Below, piece after piece: positions 1-9,200 of a stretch of DNA of 64,000 nt (the first letter of the stretch is position 1; every line of letters starts with the position of its first letter). The stretch comes from a virus (taxonomy: Duplodnaviria; Heunggongvirae; Uroviricota; Caudoviricetes). The stretch covers positions 22,466 to 86,465 of IMG/VR virus record IMGVR_UViG_3300020049_005532. The stretch is one strand, 5' to 3'. The notes below the pieces were generated by a model. The model was not told the origin of the DNA and did not search any database. It saw only the letters and a program-made list of their open reading frames with translations. The position numbers and the translations under genes were made by a program.

Positions 1-635
1 GGTCAAATGCCGATATTGCAAACGATGCCGAAATTGCATTAAGTAAACTAGAAGTTGGAACGGCAGGTCAAGTTCCAGTAATCAATCTTGGCGGAACGTT
101 GGCACTAAGGACTCTTTCTGGTAAGGTGATCATTGACGAAGACGGAGTTACTGCATTTAATCCTGCCGAATTAATCGTCGATGCCGACATTGCAAATGGC
201 GCAGATATAACTCGAGACAAATTAATTGCTGGCACAGCAGACGTTATTTTAGCTAACGACGGATTTGGTCGTTTAAGTGAATCAACCGTCACTGTTGCCG
301 AACTTGAAGCCGCAATTGGCGGTACAGCAGTCACTAGCGTTACACTCACTGATAACACAACAACAGTTGCATATCAAACTACTGTTGCTGATAAAGATGT
401 TATCCACCTCAAATATTCAATTAAACGCGGAACTACATATGAAGCCGGAACTATCACTGTGATCAGTGATGGAACCAATGCGTCAATTGCACAAGGCGGC
501 GTATGTACTATTGGCGATGTTGGAATAACAATTACTGCTGCTATTTCTGGCGCTCTACTACAAGTTCGTGGTGCAGCAACTAGCACTGGTGCAGATGCAA
601 CAATGAAATTTACTGTTTCCGATTGGGAAGCTTAA
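1..635 (+). CDS. Tail-fibre-like protein, 5' end outside window. The frame is open from position 3 with no stop upstream, so the listed ORF at 99 is an internal Met.
   Basis: Open frame from the window edge. Internal repeat DIANDAEIALSKLEVGTAG / DADIANGADITRDKLIAGTAD. T/A/G-rich beta-type composition typical of fibre proteins. Sits first in a fibre gene cluster. Confidence 0.5.
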   Translation, partial: SNADIANDAEIALSKLEVGTAGQVPVINLGGTLALRTLSGKVIIDEDGVTAFNPAELIVDADIANGADITRDKLIAGTADVILANDGFGRLSESTVTVAELEAAIGGTAVTSVTLTDNTTTVAYQTTVADKDVIHLKYSIKRGTTYEAGTITVISDGTNASIAQGGVCTIGDVGITITAAISGALLQVRGAATSTGADATMKFTVSDWEA

Positions 636-669
636 TACTCTATTCTGGAAAATGAAGGAATAAGGACAA

Positions 670-2988
670 ATGGCTGATAATTTTTATAAAGTTAAAAAAG
701 GGTTAAACGTACAGCCGCAGGCGTCTCCGACAATCGATCAGAATGGCGATATTGCGGTTGATACAGCGGATAACAAACTTAAAGTTCGTATTAACGGTAC
801 AACTGACAACGCCGTATTTGAAGCTGCATCACAAGCCCTTACAAATAAAACTCTCACTAGTCCAGTTATCAATACTCCAACTGGTATTACTAAAACTGAT
901 GTCGGTCTAGGTAACGTTGATAACACGTCTGATGCAACAAAAGACGCTGCTACAGCAACTTTAACAAATAAAACCCTTACGTCTCCGGTTATCAATACGC
1001 CAAGCACTGATGTTGTAACTATGGATGGGCAGGCATCTACTCCTAGTAATCCATCCGCTGGTAATTATAAATTATATGTTGATGATAACACTACCAAGTT
1101 AACTCTTCTTGATAGTTCAGGTAATGCTACAGAGATCGGTGCTGGCGGTCAAGGGGGAATCAATTACATTGAAAACTTTGACGCCGAAGTCAATACTGAC
1201 GGCTTTGCTACATATGCCGATGCAGCAGGAACTCAACCTGTTGATGGCACTGGCGGTTCGCCAAATGTTACATTTACTCGAACTACTTCTTCTCCATTAA
1301 GAGGAGTAGCTTCTTTTCTATTTACAAAAGATGCAGCAAACCGACAAGGTCAAGGTGCAAGCTACGATTTCACAATCGACTCTGCTGATCAAGCAAAGAT
1401 GATGCAAATTGGTTTCGATTACAGCGTAGCCTCTGGCACGTATGCCACAGGCGACTTAGCTGTTTACATAGTTGACGTTACTAACGGCACGGTCATCCAG
1501 CCCTCAGCTTATCAAATCGAAAACGTAGGTGTAACTTCTGTAGCAAGGCTCACATTTCAAACCGCAAGCAACTCTACTTCTTATCGACTTTGTTTCCATG
1601 TCGCATCGACATCGGCAAGTGCGTACACAGTAAAGCTAGACAATGTTTCGCTAGGACCCCAAGTCGTCCCACTCGGCGCTCCGGTTACTGACATGGATAA
1701 AACCTATTCCGGAACAATAACCGGAACAACTATTGCTGGTTCAGTAACATACACAGCGAATACTTTAAGGTATGGAAGAGTAGGGGATTGTGTTCGTGTA
1801 AGCGGTAACATTCGAGTTAACGTCGTAACTACGGCACCCACTGGAAGCATCTATATACCGATGCCTACAGGACTCTCCTACGACACAACCAAAGTTGCAC
1901 AAGATGGCGGTCGAGGTGTATGGGGGACAACATCTAGCAAAATTGCTGGTGTAAAATTAGACGTTAACTTCATAACACTGAACACGCCCAATACACAAAG
2001 TGTTGAGGTTCAATCTGGTACTGGTACTTTTGGGACACTAGCCAATGGTGATGAATTAAAGGTAGATTTTTGCATTCCAGTAGCAGGCTGGTCGTCGAGC
2101 ACCGTGGTTAGTTCGAGTGCGGATACACGGGTAGTCAACATGACAGCCCGTAACTACAGTAACGGAACTCTAGCATCAGGTGCATCGCACACTGTAATCC
2201 TGAACACCGTAGCATCAGATACACATGGTGCATACAACTCTGCGACTGGTGAGTACACCGTCAAAGTTCCTGGGTATTACTCGATAAACGGTGAAGTAGG
2301 GATGGCAGCAACGGCTGCGGCAGCTACTCGGCAATTGTTTTTATACATTCGAGTTAACGGCACTGGTATTAGCAACACATACACCTATGCGAATACGACC
2401 TCCTCGATAACTCATAGAGCGCAAGCTAGGGTTAACTGGTACTGCAATGCTGGCGACATTATTACGCTTGTTGCAGAAAATGATTTAGGTGGAACAGGAA
2501 CTCCACAGCCGGGGACTGGTAACTCCAACTTCTCTATTAACCTCATCCAAGGCCCCAGCCAGATTGCTGCGAGCGAGGTTATTGCTGTCGATGCGTACGC
2601 TCCAACGTCAACACACACAAGCTCAACCACCATAATGACAGGCTGGACAGAGATTGTAGATACACACGGGTCCTTTAATCCAACAACTGGAATCTTTACT
2701 GCGCCAGCTCCAGGTTACTATAGGTATGAATCGACATATACACCGTCAAACGCTGCGACGCCTTGTAGCGTTTATGTTTACAAAAACGGAGTGGCTTTTA
2801 CTGGGACAAGAAAAGGTTCTGCTTATTCTAACGGAACAGTTAACCCCACTGCGGTTGTGTTTGGAACTATGCTTCTTAATGCCGGAGATACCATCAGCTT
2901 TTTTGCACAAAATAGCTCTGGCGGGGCTGTTAGCACAGACGGCGCTAATACTTTTATGACAATCCATCGTCTTGGCGGAGTTGGTTAA
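670..2988 (+). CDS. Tail fibre / receptor-binding protein (772 aa) with an N-terminal LTNKTLTSPVINTP repeat and two tandem C-terminal C1q/TNF-like jelly-roll domains.
   Basis: The repeat TLTNKTLTSPVINTP occurs twice. The C-terminal halves (about nt 2125-2570 and 2590-2985) each carry a C1q-like pattern: TGxFT.PvPGYY, then vYv.kNG, then LNAGDtIsF, then sNFsi.L. Confidence 0.6.
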   Translation: MADNFYKVKKGLNVQPQASPTIDQNGDIAVDTADNKLKVRINGTTDNAVFEAASQALTNKTLTSPVINTPTGITKTDVGLGNVDNTSDATKDAATATLTNKTLTSPVINTPSTDVVTMDGQASTPSNPSAGNYKLYVDDNTTKLTLLDSSGNATEIGAGGQGGINYIENFDAEVNTDGFATYADAAGTQPVDGTGGSPNVTFTRTTSSPLRGVASFLFTKDAANRQGQGASYDFTIDSADQAKMMQIGFDYSVASGTYATGDLAVYIVDVTNGTVIQPSAYQIENVGVTSVARLTFQTASNSTSYRLCFHVASTSASAYTVKLDNVSLGPQVVPLGAPVTDMDKTYSGTITGTTIAGSVTYTANTLRYGRVGDCVRVSGNIRVNVVTTAPTGSIYIPMPTGLSYDTTKVAQDGGRGVWGTTSSKIAGVKLDVNFITLNTPNTQSVEVQSGTGTFGTLANGDELKVDFCIPVAGWSSSTVVSSSADTRVVNMTARNYSNGTLASGASHTVILNTVASDTHGAYNSATGEYTVKVPGYYSINGEVGMAATAAAATRQLFLYIRVNGTGISNTYTYANTTSSITHRAQARVNWYCNAGDIITLVAENDLGGTGTPQPGTGNSNFSINLIQGPSQIAASEVIAVDAYAPTSTHTSSTTIMTGWTEIVDTHGSFNPTTGIFTAPAPGYYRYESTYTPSNAATPCSVYVYKNGVAFTGTRKGSAYSNGTVNPTAVVFGTMLLNAGDTISFFAQNSSGGAVSTDGANTFMTIHRLGGVG

Positions 2989-3215
2989 TGTCGAGTTGGA
3001 ACTTAAACAAACAAAACGAAGTAAGTCTAATTACTAAAATTGACGATACTACGACTAGTGGAACGACATACATCGGTAAAGCCGTACCAGGTTCATCTGA
3101 ATCAGCTGCTGTATGGCAAATCACTAAAATAACAGATACAGAAATTTTATTCGCTAAAGGCGATGATTTATTTGATAAACAATGGTCTCAGCGAACAACT
3201 TATACATATAAATAA
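2988..3215 (+). CDS. Small hypothetical virion-module protein (75 aa).
   Basis: ATG overlaps the stop of the fibre gene (TAATG). It is co-oriented within the late module. Confidence 0.4.
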   Translation: MSSWNLNKQNEVSLITKIDDTTTSGTTYIGKAVPGSSESAAVWQITKITDTEILFAKGDDLFDKQWSQRTTYTYK

Positions 3216-3226
3216 ACGGATTATTT

Positions 3227-3643
3227 ATGGTGCCGGAAAAACTTTTAGAAGAAAAACCAAAGAAAAAGAGATGTCCAGAACTTGCTCGCAAATATAGGAA
3301 CGCTTTTCGCGAACGCAATCCTGACTATCATAAAAACTATGAGAGACAACGACGAAAAAAGAATCCAGAATTAGCAAAAGGTCATGATTTAAAAAAACAT
3401 TACTGGCCGGATTTGACTGGACAACAAGCGATTGAGGAATATAACAGAATGCGAGCCGCGCAAAATAATAAATGTGCTATTTGTGAAATTGAAGGCAAGG
3501 TTCTTCACGTTGATCATGATCACAATACTGGTCGAGTAAGATCCTTACTTTGTGGAAACTGTAATACTGCACTCGGATTAATTAAAGAATCAGCAAATAT
3601 TGCCGAAAAATTAAAATTTTATATAGAGAAGGTGTGTAAATGA
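3227..3643 (+). CDS. Endonuclease VII-like HNH resolvase (T4 gp49-type).
   Basis: CAICEIEGKVLHVDHDHNTGRVRSLLCGNCNTALG matches the endo VII core C.IC..(9)..HxDHDH..G.VRGLLC..CN..G. It lies among late genes as in T4. Confidence 0.8.
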   Translation: MVPEKLLEEKPKKKRCPELARKYRNAFRERNPDYHKNYERQRRKKNPELAKGHDLKKHYWPDLTGQQAIEEYNRMRAAQNNKCAICEIEGKVLHVDHDHNTGRVRSLLCGNCNTALGLIKESANIAEKLKFYIEKVCK

Positions 3644-4047
3644 GTTTTTCAAATTCAACAGAAGAAGATGTCTTGCAGCAGATTTTTATCGGAACTTCCT
3701 TGCCTTGGTCGGCTAATACCGATCTCTGGATTGCTCTTTACACAGCCGATCCAGGAGAAGCCGGAACTGCTATTACCAATGAAGCGACCTATGGCGGATA
3801 TGCCAGAAAAGCATTGACACGCGCAACGGATTTTTCTGTTAGCGGAAACACGGTTAGTAATGCTAACTTGGAACAATTTGACGCTTGTACTTCTGGTTCA
3901 AACGTCATTACTTATGCCGCAGTAGTTGATACCGCAAGCGGTGCTGGTCAAATTATCGTTCGAGCAGAATTAAACAGTTCAATTACCGTTAGTACCGGCG
4001 TTGTTCCTCAGTTTGCGGGTAACGCACTTTCGTTTACATTGGATTAA
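3640..4047 (+). CDS. Hypothetical virion protein (135 aa).
   Basis: Start overlaps the upstream stop (ATGA). Composition is beta-rich. Confidence 0.45.
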   Translation: MSFSNSTEEDVLQQIFIGTSLPWSANTDLWIALYTADPGEAGTAITNEATYGGYARKALTRATDFSVSGNTVSNANLEQFDACTSGSNVITYAAVVDTASGAGQIIVRAELNSSITVSTGVVPQFAGNALSFTLD

Positions 4048-4050
4048 TAG

Positions 4051-4917
4051 ATGGCATTTAATTCGTTCGGTAAATATGGAGAAGCATTTGATAATGGCAA
4101 AGTTCATTATCAATATGTGTATAAAACAGCTTTGCCTGCTGCGGCAACTGCTGGTTATTTTATCGACGCCAATCAATCTTCTGGTCTTCCAGTCTATAAC
4201 GCATTTGCTGGCTCGGCAACAACGTTTACTCCCCTAACTGGCTCAAGAAATCAAGGTATATACACTGGAACTTCTTATCCAGGAGAAACAAAAAGATTAC
4301 TAAGAATGCAGTTATTAACAACTACTTCTAGTAACGGTTTGCCAAATTATACATATCTTTGTGATTATCTTGGATTCTATCCTCTAATTGATGCCGATAG
4401 CACTGATCAACAAGATATGGATAATACTCTCGGATTAACTCGGTACACCGATGGTAATGGAGTTCGAATTGTTTTAATTGCTTCAGCTCCTATGGTTTTA
4501 ACTGCTAGTTGTACGCTGGTATATACAAATCAAGACGGAGTAACAGGAAGATCTGTCACTTTTAACGTCATACCGGCATTAAATATTGGAGTATGTGCAA
4601 CTGGAGCATCTCCAACATTAGGCGGAGCTGGACAAGCAACTCCTTTTGTTATTTTAGCAGACGGAGATACTGGAGTAAGAGCAATTGAATCTATTACTTT
4701 TGCCGGTAGTGCCGGTGGATTTATTTGTGCGTGCTTGGTAAAACCGATTGCCTCGGCAATCCAGCTCGAAGCTTCAGTACCAGTAGAAAAATCATTTGGA
4801 TTTGAACAACAACTGCTTCCGGAAATTAAAGACGGAGCATATTTAAACTTTCTCATTGGTCGTGGTGGCACAGCTGCTATTGATCTTAGAGCAGAACTTA
4901 TTTTTATAAATGGCTAA
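4051..4917 (+). CDS. Virion protein, paralog A of a tandem pair (288 aa).
   Basis: Shares with the next gene the segments YTdGnGVR..L..........L.YTnQDG.TG.S, then DTGvR...S......G......LvKPI, and C-terminal LPEIKDGA.L. Confidence 0.5.
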   Translation: MAFNSFGKYGEAFDNGKVHYQYVYKTALPAAATAGYFIDANQSSGLPVYNAFAGSATTFTPLTGSRNQGIYTGTSYPGETKRLLRMQLLTTTSSNGLPNYTYLCDYLGFYPLIDADSTDQQDMDNTLGLTRYTDGNGVRIVLIASAPMVLTASCTLVYTNQDGVTGRSVTFNVIPALNIGVCATGASPTLGGAGQATPFVILADGDTGVRAIESITFAGSAGGFICACLVKPIASAIQLEASVPVEKSFGFEQQLLPEIKDGAYLNFLIGRGGTAAIDLRAELIFING

Positions 4918-4926
4918 GGAGTCACA

Positions 4927-5808
4927 ATGGCTTGGACTAGTATAGACGACATGATTTCAGAGATTACAAGCGGTAAATTCAATCGCATTGATTGGAACAA
5001 GATTACTGGAGCCGCAGCTTATACTGCCGGTCGATGGTACGATATGTCTGCGCTTAACGGCACTCCAATTGCCAACGCATGGGCAGGGACAGCACTTACT
5101 TATAGAGCTTGTGATGAATCAACTGGTAACGGTACGCAAATTTTTGGAATGAGGCACGGAGGAGACGTTTCTCCTGACTCTAAAAGAATCCTTAACGGTT
5201 CGGCGATCACTGCCGTTGCAACAGGAGTTCCAAGTCAATTAATGCTTGTTGATATGTGCGGATATTGGCCAGGTATCAACATGAACACACTTTCTTCTCA
5301 GACATTATCTGGCACGCCTTCGCTGCGATATACTAATGGCGTAGGGGTTCGTGCCGCACTTGTTGTTGTGACAACTACAGGGGCCACCGCTCACAACTTG
5401 TCATTAAGCTATACGGATCAAGATGGCAATACCGGAAACTCTTTGCCTGTCACGGTGTCTTGCACTGCTTCGGCGATAACGCCGCATATTACTCATTCCG
5501 GTACAGCAGCAAATAACTATGGTCCCTTTCTGCCGCTTGCTAGCGGTGATACTGGAATTAGAAACGTAGCAAGCGTTCAACTCTCCGCTGCATCTGGCGC
5601 AGGGACGGCAGCTCTTGTTCTTTATAAGCCAATTCTTACAATTCCTCTGACAACTGCTTCTGTTGCAAGCGAACGCGATTTTATGAATCAAATTCCTTCA
5701 TTGCCAGAAATTAAAGATGGAGCATGTCTAACATGGCTTCTATTTACTGGAGCAGCAGTTGCTGCTAACACAAACTTCTATGGAAGTATAGAAAGTGGAT
5801 ACGGCTGA
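4927..5808 (+). CDS. Virion protein, paralog B of a tandem pair (293 aa).
   Basis: See paralog A. Contains NGVGVRAALVVVTTTGATAHNLSLSYTDQDGNTGNS and C-terminal LPEIKDGACL. Confidence 0.5.
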   Translation: MAWTSIDDMISEITSGKFNRIDWNKITGAAAYTAGRWYDMSALNGTPIANAWAGTALTYRACDESTGNGTQIFGMRHGGDVSPDSKRILNGSAITAVATGVPSQLMLVDMCGYWPGINMNTLSSQTLSGTPSLRYTNGVGVRAALVVVTTTGATAHNLSLSYTDQDGNTGNSLPVTVSCTASAITPHITHSGTAANNYGPFLPLASGDTGIRNVASVQLSAASGAGTAALVLYKPILTIPLTTASVASERDFMNQIPSLPEIKDGACLTWLLFTGAAVAANTNFYGSIESGYG

Positions 5809-6554
5809 TGCTAGTTCGTAACGGATCAACTCTATTTCAAAACCCTGGTGTATTTCGGGGAATTGTATCAAATAGGGTAGGAAATTATGTTAAGGGAGGA
5901 CTCCAAAACCGTATGTACGGAGGTTTCTCTCAAACTTTTGGTGCTTATCCCAATGGATATCTAGCATCAAAATCTTTTATTTTTCCAATTAAATCCGGTT
6001 CACTTTCTTCTTATACACTAGCTTCTGGGATTATGTCAGGAAGCATAACGCTAATTCCTGCTAAAGTCTTAGAGGGATCTGCTAGTGCCACACTGACTGT
6101 CACAAACGCACAATTAGATCGAATTATTAACATGTTGGCAAGCGCGGCATGTTCAATAGTTGGCGATTTAAATCTAGGAGCAGCTGTTAGCGTTGAAGCC
6201 GCTTCTACAATGGCAATATCCAAGCTCAGCGCAATCTTAGGTGGAATTTTTGATATTTCTGCTGATGGAAGCGCAATATTAAGTGCAGATGCCGACATGG
6301 GCGCTCTTGCAAATATGATAGCTGAAGCCGGAGGTCCAACTCCACTAAGTCCAGAAGGGTTAGCGGAAGCGGTTTGGAACAGTATATTGTCTGATTACCA
6401 AATAACCGGAAGTGCAGGTAAAGCACTCACTGATTCTGGCGGAGCTGGCAATCCTTGGGCTGCTATTTTAGAAGATAACAAAGACCCAGGAACTTTCGGT
6501 AAACACGTTCAAGAGCTTCTAAAAAGAAACTTCTATTTAGGAACTAAAGACTAA
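5808..6554 (+). CDS. Hypothetical virion protein (248 aa).
   Basis: ATGA-coupled to the upstream gene. Ala/Gly/Ser-rich. Confidence 0.45.
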   Translation: MLVRNGSTLFQNPGVFRGIVSNRVGNYVKGGLQNRMYGGFSQTFGAYPNGYLASKSFIFPIKSGSLSSYTLASGIMSGSITLIPAKVLEGSASATLTVTNAQLDRIINMLASAACSIVGDLNLGAAVSVEAASTMAISKLSAILGGIFDISADGSAILSADADMGALANMIAEAGGPTPLSPEGLAEAVWNSILSDYQITGSAGKALTDSGGAGNPWAAILEDNKDPGTFGKHVQELLKRNFYLGTKD

Positions 6555-7162
6555 TGGGCACAGTTCTATTTGACAATCAAATTAAAACCGTTATCGAAGA
6601 ACAATCCGTTGGCGGTCAGGTTTACTCTGATTCGATCAACTTGGAGATGTGCGAACACATTTGCTTTGTCATCCAAAACGAAGTTCAGGTATTGGCCGAG
6701 GTTGAATTTGACGACACGGACATTGTTGGCGATAAAATCTTTGTTTTTCCTCATCCCTACGTTAATGGAACTAAAGTTAGATTTACCACAACTGGAACGC
6801 TCCCTACCGGCCTTAGCTTGGCAACAGACTACTACTTAACCAATGTCAATGGATTTGGCTTTGAAGTAGCTTCTAGCAAGGCTAATGCGATAGCAGGCAC
6901 CAATATAGAGTTTTCTGGAGGTTCTGGTACACATACCGTGGTTCCTCAAGCCTACAGCACGTTAAATTGTGTTCTAGAAGCAGCTATTGAGCCTGACGTA
7001 TGGGCAGAATTGTCCGCAAGCTTGGTTCAAAGTTCTAAAACTGAGAACTTAATATATGAATTAAATAACCCTGTTTATAAGTTTATAAGAATGAAATGTA
7101 CGATTGAATCAGGGCAATCGGTTTTAATTGTGAAATGCTTGATGAAAGGGCATGGATATTAA
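6554..7162 (+). CDS. Hypothetical virion protein (202 aa).
   Basis: ATGA-coupled to the upstream gene. Confidence 0.45.
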   Translation: MGTVLFDNQIKTVIEEQSVGGQVYSDSINLEMCEHICFVIQNEVQVLAEVEFDDTDIVGDKIFVFPHPYVNGTKVRFTTTGTLPTGLSLATDYYLTNVNGFGFEVASSKANAIAGTNIEFSGGSGTHTVVPQAYSTLNCVLEAAIEPDVWAELSASLVQSSKTENLIYELNNPVYKFIRMKCTIESGQSVLIVKCLMKGHGY

Positions 7163-7180
7163 CAACTTATAGGGTAGGAA
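7161..7180 (+). promoter_or_regulatory. Conserved motif AACAACTTATAGGGTAGGAA immediately upstream of the ATG at 7184. A second copy lies at 13983-14037.
   Basis: Exact 13-nt identity TATAGGGTAGGAA plus the shared AACAACTTA. The TATAGGG core resembles phage single-subunit RNAP promoters. The tail also doubles as an RBS. Confidence 0.4.
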
Positions 7181-7183
7181 CGT

Positions 7184-7594
7184 ATGAAGGAATTCTTTGT
7201 AAAATTAGGCATAGCAGCCGTGGCTGCGCTGGCACCGATACATGCAGTATTGGTATCTGTCGGTGTTTTAGTATTTGTTGACATAGTTACTGGCGTTTGG
7301 TCAGCTAAAAAGCAAGGCCAAGCCATCTCATCTGCCAGACTAAGAGACAGCGTCACAAAATTACTAATTTACCAGGTGCTAATTATCACAGGATTTCTAG
7401 TAGAAACGCATCTTATCGAGGGATTAATCCCAATTGTTAAAATTGCAGCAGGTTTAATCGTTGCTGTAGAATTTGTTAGTGTTCTAGAAAACATGAATAA
7501 GATTCTAGGCAATGACATGTTTCAAATTATTATAGATAAACTTGGTAGTAAGAACGCAGTACGCAAAAAACGAGTAAAAAGGAAGAAAAAATGA
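7184..7594 (+). CDS. Small membrane protein with three predicted TM helices and a highly basic C-terminus (holin-like).
   Basis: Hydrophobic stretches LGIAAVAALAPIHAVLVSVGVLVFVDIV, LLIYQVLIITGFLV and IAAGLIVAVEFV. C-terminal KKRVKRKKK. Confidence 0.35.
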   Translation: MKEFFVKLGIAAVAALAPIHAVLVSVGVLVFVDIVTGVWSAKKQGQAISSARLRDSVTKLLIYQVLIITGFLVETHLIEGLIPIVKIAAGLIVAVEFVSVLENMNKILGNDMFQIIIDKLGSKNAVRKKRVKRKKK

Positions 7595-7935
7595 AGGGTA
7601 TGTTCGGTAAACCAAAAGGAAAGTCGGGTATGATGAGCGACGTTGAAAAAGAATCAAAAAAGTCGGCTATTATGGCTATGAAAAAGATGGCTGAAGACGC
7701 TATGGGCGAAAAGCTATCTGGCCTTAAAAAGGTAACAATTGCTTCTGACAGCGAAGAAGGACTTAAAGAAGGTCTAGAAAAAGCCGAAGACGTAGTTGAA
7801 GCAAAACTTGAGCCAGAAGTTGAAGGCGAAGAAGAGATGGAATCGGAAGACGGTGCCATTGCTGAAATGTCTGAAGAAGAGATCGACGCCAAACTTAAAG
7901 AATTGATGGCTCTTAAAGCAAAAATGAAAGCCTAA
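7591..7935 (+). CDS. Acidic K/E-rich coiled-coil protein (114 aa), scaffold-like.
   Basis: Composition only: EEGLKEGLEKAEDVVEAKLEPEVEGEEEMESEDG. Confidence 0.35.
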   Translation: MKGMFGKPKGKSGMMSDVEKESKKSAIMAMKKMAEDAMGEKLSGLKKVTIASDSEEGLKEGLEKAEDVVEAKLEPEVEGEEEMESEDGAIAEMSEEEIDAKLKELMALKAKMKA

Positions 7936-7956
7936 ACTCTTTAGAAAGAGGTTTTT

Positions 7957-9186
7957 ATGGCAAGAGTACCTTGGCTTACAACGCAAGGACTAATTAATTC
8001 CGTCAAGCGCAAAATATCTATGCCGCTTGAGCAGGGAACTTTTAGTCTTGAAGACATGACTCATTTCCTTAATGAAGAAATGCAAATTTCTCAGGTTCCA
8101 TCTATTATGGAATTTTCTGAGGAATATTTTGTTTATAAAATTCGTGTCCCTCTAGTTGCAGGAAAAAGTCGTTATGACATCCCTGATCGTGCTATCGGCA
8201 TGAAGATACGAGATATCTTTATTGAAGACGAAAACGGCAATATGGGAGAAACCGCTCGTGTATCTCCTGATGAAAAAGCAACTTGGCAGTCCAACACTAC
8301 CAATTTTACACAGAATTATATCTACTATCTTGAAGGTAATCAAGTAGTATTTACTCCTACATCACAGTCCAATACGGGCTATGTTGTATTTTATATTTAC
8401 CTACGTCCAAATCAACTGGTTTTGGATACTCGTGCAGCTATTGCACAAAACTTTGTTAAAAAACTGACAGTAGAAACTAATCCAACTGCTGGTGATACAA
8501 TTACAATCAATGACGTTGTATATACCGCTGTGGCAAGTGGTGCAGTAGCTGGAGAATTTAACATTGGGGCATCTGCTTCGGCAACTGCATCTAATATCGC
8601 GTCAGCATTGCTTTCTCCGCTTACTGGATCAGCAACAACTGATGTCGTTAAGATTTCTTTTAGCGATGCAACTTATGAATTTGATTCGAGTTCGGCTAAC
8701 CTCGTTTTTGCCGATGAAATTGGTGTAAATTTTGACCAACTTCCAACTGAATGGGTTAATCCTGACACGCTTGAAACCGAATCTCTTTTCGGTCAAGGCG
8801 AATTAATTGACTTTCTTCAAACTAAACCTGGACATAGAACCTTTTCCTACGATCAGGAGCTGGTTGAAATTGACGGAACTGAGGGCTACTTTGATACAAT
8901 TCCGGAAGGATTTATTGTAGGAGATTATATTTGTTTAGCAAACGAATGTATCATACCGCAAATTCCTCCAGATCTTCATAACGGCCTTGCAGAACGCGCA
9001 GGCGCTCGCATTCTTTCGGCACTTGGCGACCAAGCCGGTCTACAAGCTTCTATGGCTAAAATTCAAGAAATTGACGGACGACAATCAACGCTTCTTAACA
9101 ACAGAGTCACTGGCGCGCCTATGAAGGTCACTAGCAAAAACTCAATGTTACGATCAAGCAAGCGTTGGAATCGACGTATTTACTAA
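7957..9186 (+). CDS. Virion protein (409 aa).
   Basis: Precedes the 1453-aa tail protein. No motif recognised. Confidence 0.45.
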   Translation: MARVPWLTTQGLINSVKRKISMPLEQGTFSLEDMTHFLNEEMQISQVPSIMEFSEEYFVYKIRVPLVAGKSRYDIPDRAIGMKIRDIFIEDENGNMGETARVSPDEKATWQSNTTNFTQNYIYYLEGNQVVFTPTSQSNTGYVVFYIYLRPNQLVLDTRAAIAQNFVKKLTVETNPTAGDTITINDVVYTAVASGAVAGEFNIGASASATASNIASALLSPLTGSATTDVVKISFSDATYEFDSSSANLVFADEIGVNFDQLPTEWVNPDTLETESLFGQGELIDFLQTKPGHRTFSYDQELVEIDGTEGYFDTIPEGFIVGDYICLANECIIPQIPPDLHNGLAERAGARILSALGDQAGLQASMAKIQEIDGRQSTLLNNRVTGAPMKVTSKNSMLRSSKRWNRRIY

Positions 9187-9200
9187 TATAGGTAATAACT

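Noticed and set aside
68-358. 96-aa - strand ORF at the window start.
   Set aside because: It lies fully inside, and antisense to, the open tail-fibre frame (1-635), and has a proline/serine-rich shadow composition. Judged a shadow ORF. The same judgement applies to 374-586, 738-1007, 2412-2633, 2746-2967, 3655-3876, 4530-4871, 5404-5691, 6011-6298 and other antisense ORFs nested in long genes.
7184-7594. Calling the 3-TM basic-tail protein a holin.
   Set aside because: The topology and charged C-terminus are holin-like, but it sits in the middle of structural genes, far from the SLT endolysin candidate at 58729. It is kept as a low-confidence membrane protein only.
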